This document shows, one piece after another, positions 47,136 through 48,732 of a DNA stretch of 48,732 bases (position 1 is the stretch's first letter; the number at the start of each line of letters is the position of its first letter). Origin of the DNA: Octopus bimaculoides (Eukaryota); contig NC_068981.1 in the NCBI RefSeq assembly GCF_001194135.2, positions 160,621,728-160,670,459 on the forward strand, written 5' to 3'. A program made the position numbers and the translations under genes. The notes beneath the pieces were generated by a model. The model did no database searches. It was not told the origin of the DNA and saw nothing but the letters and a program-made list of their open reading frames with translations.

Positions 47136-47164
47136 CCAAATACAATATAAAGTGAAATAATAGA

Positions 47165-47515
47165 CACAGGAGTGGCTGTGTAGTAAGAATCTTGCTTCCC
47201 AACTACATAGTTCCAGGTTCAGTGTCTTCTACTATAGCCTCGGGCCAATCAAAGCCTTATGAGTAGATTTGGTAGACGGAAACTGAAAGAAGCCCATCAT
47301 ATATATGTGTGTGTGTGTGTATGTATTTATTATTTATGTCTGTGTTTGTCCCCCCACTATCGCTTGGCAACTGATGTTGGTGTGTTTAGATCCCTGTTTC
47401 TTAGTGATTTGGCAAAAAGAGACCAATAGAATAAGTCCTGGGGTCGATTTGCTCTACTAAAGGCGGTGCTCCTGCATGGCCACAGTCAAATGACTGAAAC
47501 ACCTAAAAGAATGCA
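47165..47515 (+). mobile_element. Composite SINE family A
   Basis: Head CAGGAGTGGCTGTGTAGTAAG...GAAACTGAAAGAAGCCC, then (TG)n, then a 3' module ending CATGGCCACAGTCAAATGACTGAAAC. Confidence 0.8.
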
Positions 47516-47730
47516 AGTATCCTATTTCCATGAAGTGAAAGTATACTTCCTTACACAAGCCACCATATCTAACTATGTTTAAATATAATCTTGCCATTGA
47601 TTTCAGTTACTATTACCCAATGAAGTACATTTTATTAAACACTGTTTCATTATCATGAATAATATTTAATTGACTTATTTGCTGTACATTTCAAAGATTC
47701 TTAACAAGTTCAAATTTCATGTTCCTGCAG

Positions 47731-47965
47731 ATGATGCTAGCTGGTAATCGGCTTGAAGATTTATCCTTATCTCTTAGTTTATCATTTGCTCTTTGCCACA
47801 TGGACCTTGAGAACATCAGCTTAAGTCTACTTTTACACACTCTTCCCAACATACTGAGTTCCCGACATAAAATGCATATGCTCGTCAACCCCCGAGGTGC
47901 AATGTTAGCAAAACTATGTGTTATGTGCATTGTAGGAGCTCAGATGGCAAAATCAAATAGTAAAG
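47731..47965 (+). CDS. MED24: MED24 exon (MMLAGNRLEDL...CHMDLENISLSLLLHTLPNIL...LVNPRGAMLAKLCVMC...SNSK); gene continues beyond the window
   Basis: Matches IFCLDMQQVTLVLLGHILP...LMDPPGTALAKLAVWC. CCTGCAG acceptor, G/GTGAGT donor, phase 0 to 1. Confidence 0.95.
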
Positions 47966-48456
47966 GTGAGTATATTTAATAGTAGAATCCTCTGTGTGTG
48001 TGTGTGTCTATCTCTCTCTCTCTCTCTCTCATATATATATTTATATATATATATATTTATATATATATTTATATATATNNNNNNNNNNNNNNNNNNNNNN
48101 NNNNNNNNNNNNNNNNNNNNNNNNNNNNNNNNNNNNNNNNNNNNNNNNNNNNNNNNNNNNNNNNNNNNNNNNNNNNNNNNNNNNNNNNNNNNNNNNNNNN
48201 NNNNNNNNNNNNNNNNNNNNNNNNNNNNNNNNNNNNNNNNNNNNNNNNNNNNNNNNNNNNNNNNNNNNNNNNNNNNNNNNNNNNNNNNNNNNNNNNNNNN
48301 NNNNNNNNNNNNNNATCTGTCTTTATAGCACATAAACAAAATGGTGTTGTAGAAGTGTACACAGCATGTATACTACAGCAGTGCTTATGCGTGGCTTTAA
48401 TACAGAGATTGAAAAGCAGGGGCAAATTATGCCTACCTAATCTACAAAAAAATAAA

Positions 48457-48732
48457 ATAGTGAGACAGCTGCAGGAGAAATACCTAGCCAAGGATAAACC
48501 TCTGTACCTGGCCTTCGTTGACATGGAGAAAGCCTTTGACAGGGTCCCCCGATCCCTTATCTGGTGGTCAATGAGGAAACTTGGGATAGAAGAATGGTTA
48601 GTGAGAGCTGTGCGAGCCATGTACAGAGATGCTGCCAGTAAGGTGAGGGTTGGAAATGAGTACAGTAATGAATTCCAGGTAGAAGTAGGGGTCCACCAAG
48701 GTTCCGTCCTCAGCCCCCTCCTATTTATCATA
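48457..48732 (+). mobile_element. RTE LINE reverse transcriptase fragment, open to the window edge
   Basis: 92 stop-free codons: IVRQLQEKYLAKDKPLYLAFVDMEKAFDRVPRSLIWWSMRKLG...GVHQGSVLSPLLFII (RT motifs DxEKAFD and GVxQGSVLSP). Confidence 0.93.

Noticed and set aside
48069-48731. 220-aa minus-strand ORF
   Set aside because: It is the antisense shadow of the RTE RT frame plus an N gap.

Overview
AT-rich, repeat-dense eukaryotic genomic DNA. The repeat families and intron style suggest an octopod/coleoid cephalopod; this is an inference and no database search was run. (1) Most of the window is a plus-strand multi-exon Mediator subunit 24 gene (MED24/TRAP100). I reconstructed 17 coding exons from 10469 to 47965, all with AG/GT boundaries and compatible phases, plus a probable upstream ATG exon ending at 7292. 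The gene runs off the right end. (2) An uncharacterised minus-strand gene (exons 6363-6332, 1850-1517, 983-about 326) lies head-to-head with MED24, with about 0.9 kb between the start codons. Its protein has an acidic N-terminus, a possible KH-like module and an AT-hook. (3) The introns hold RTE-clade LINE fragments of different ages, many RTE 3'-tail copies, several tRNA-derived SINE families, and MITEs with hAT, piggyBac, mariner, pogo/Tigger and CACTA-like ends. They also hold two long foldback hairpins next to exons, microsatellites and five assembly gaps. The best leads are the unknown divergent gene, the dsRNA-forming elements around MED24 exons (including a frame-closed exon 14-15 circle), 26-bp arrays on RTE tails, a uORF overlapping the MED24 start, and a possible antisense spliced transcript. 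Coordinates were counted by hand; repeat boundaries are approximate to roughly 10-20 bp. No CRISPR array, rRNA or genuine tRNA gene was seen.
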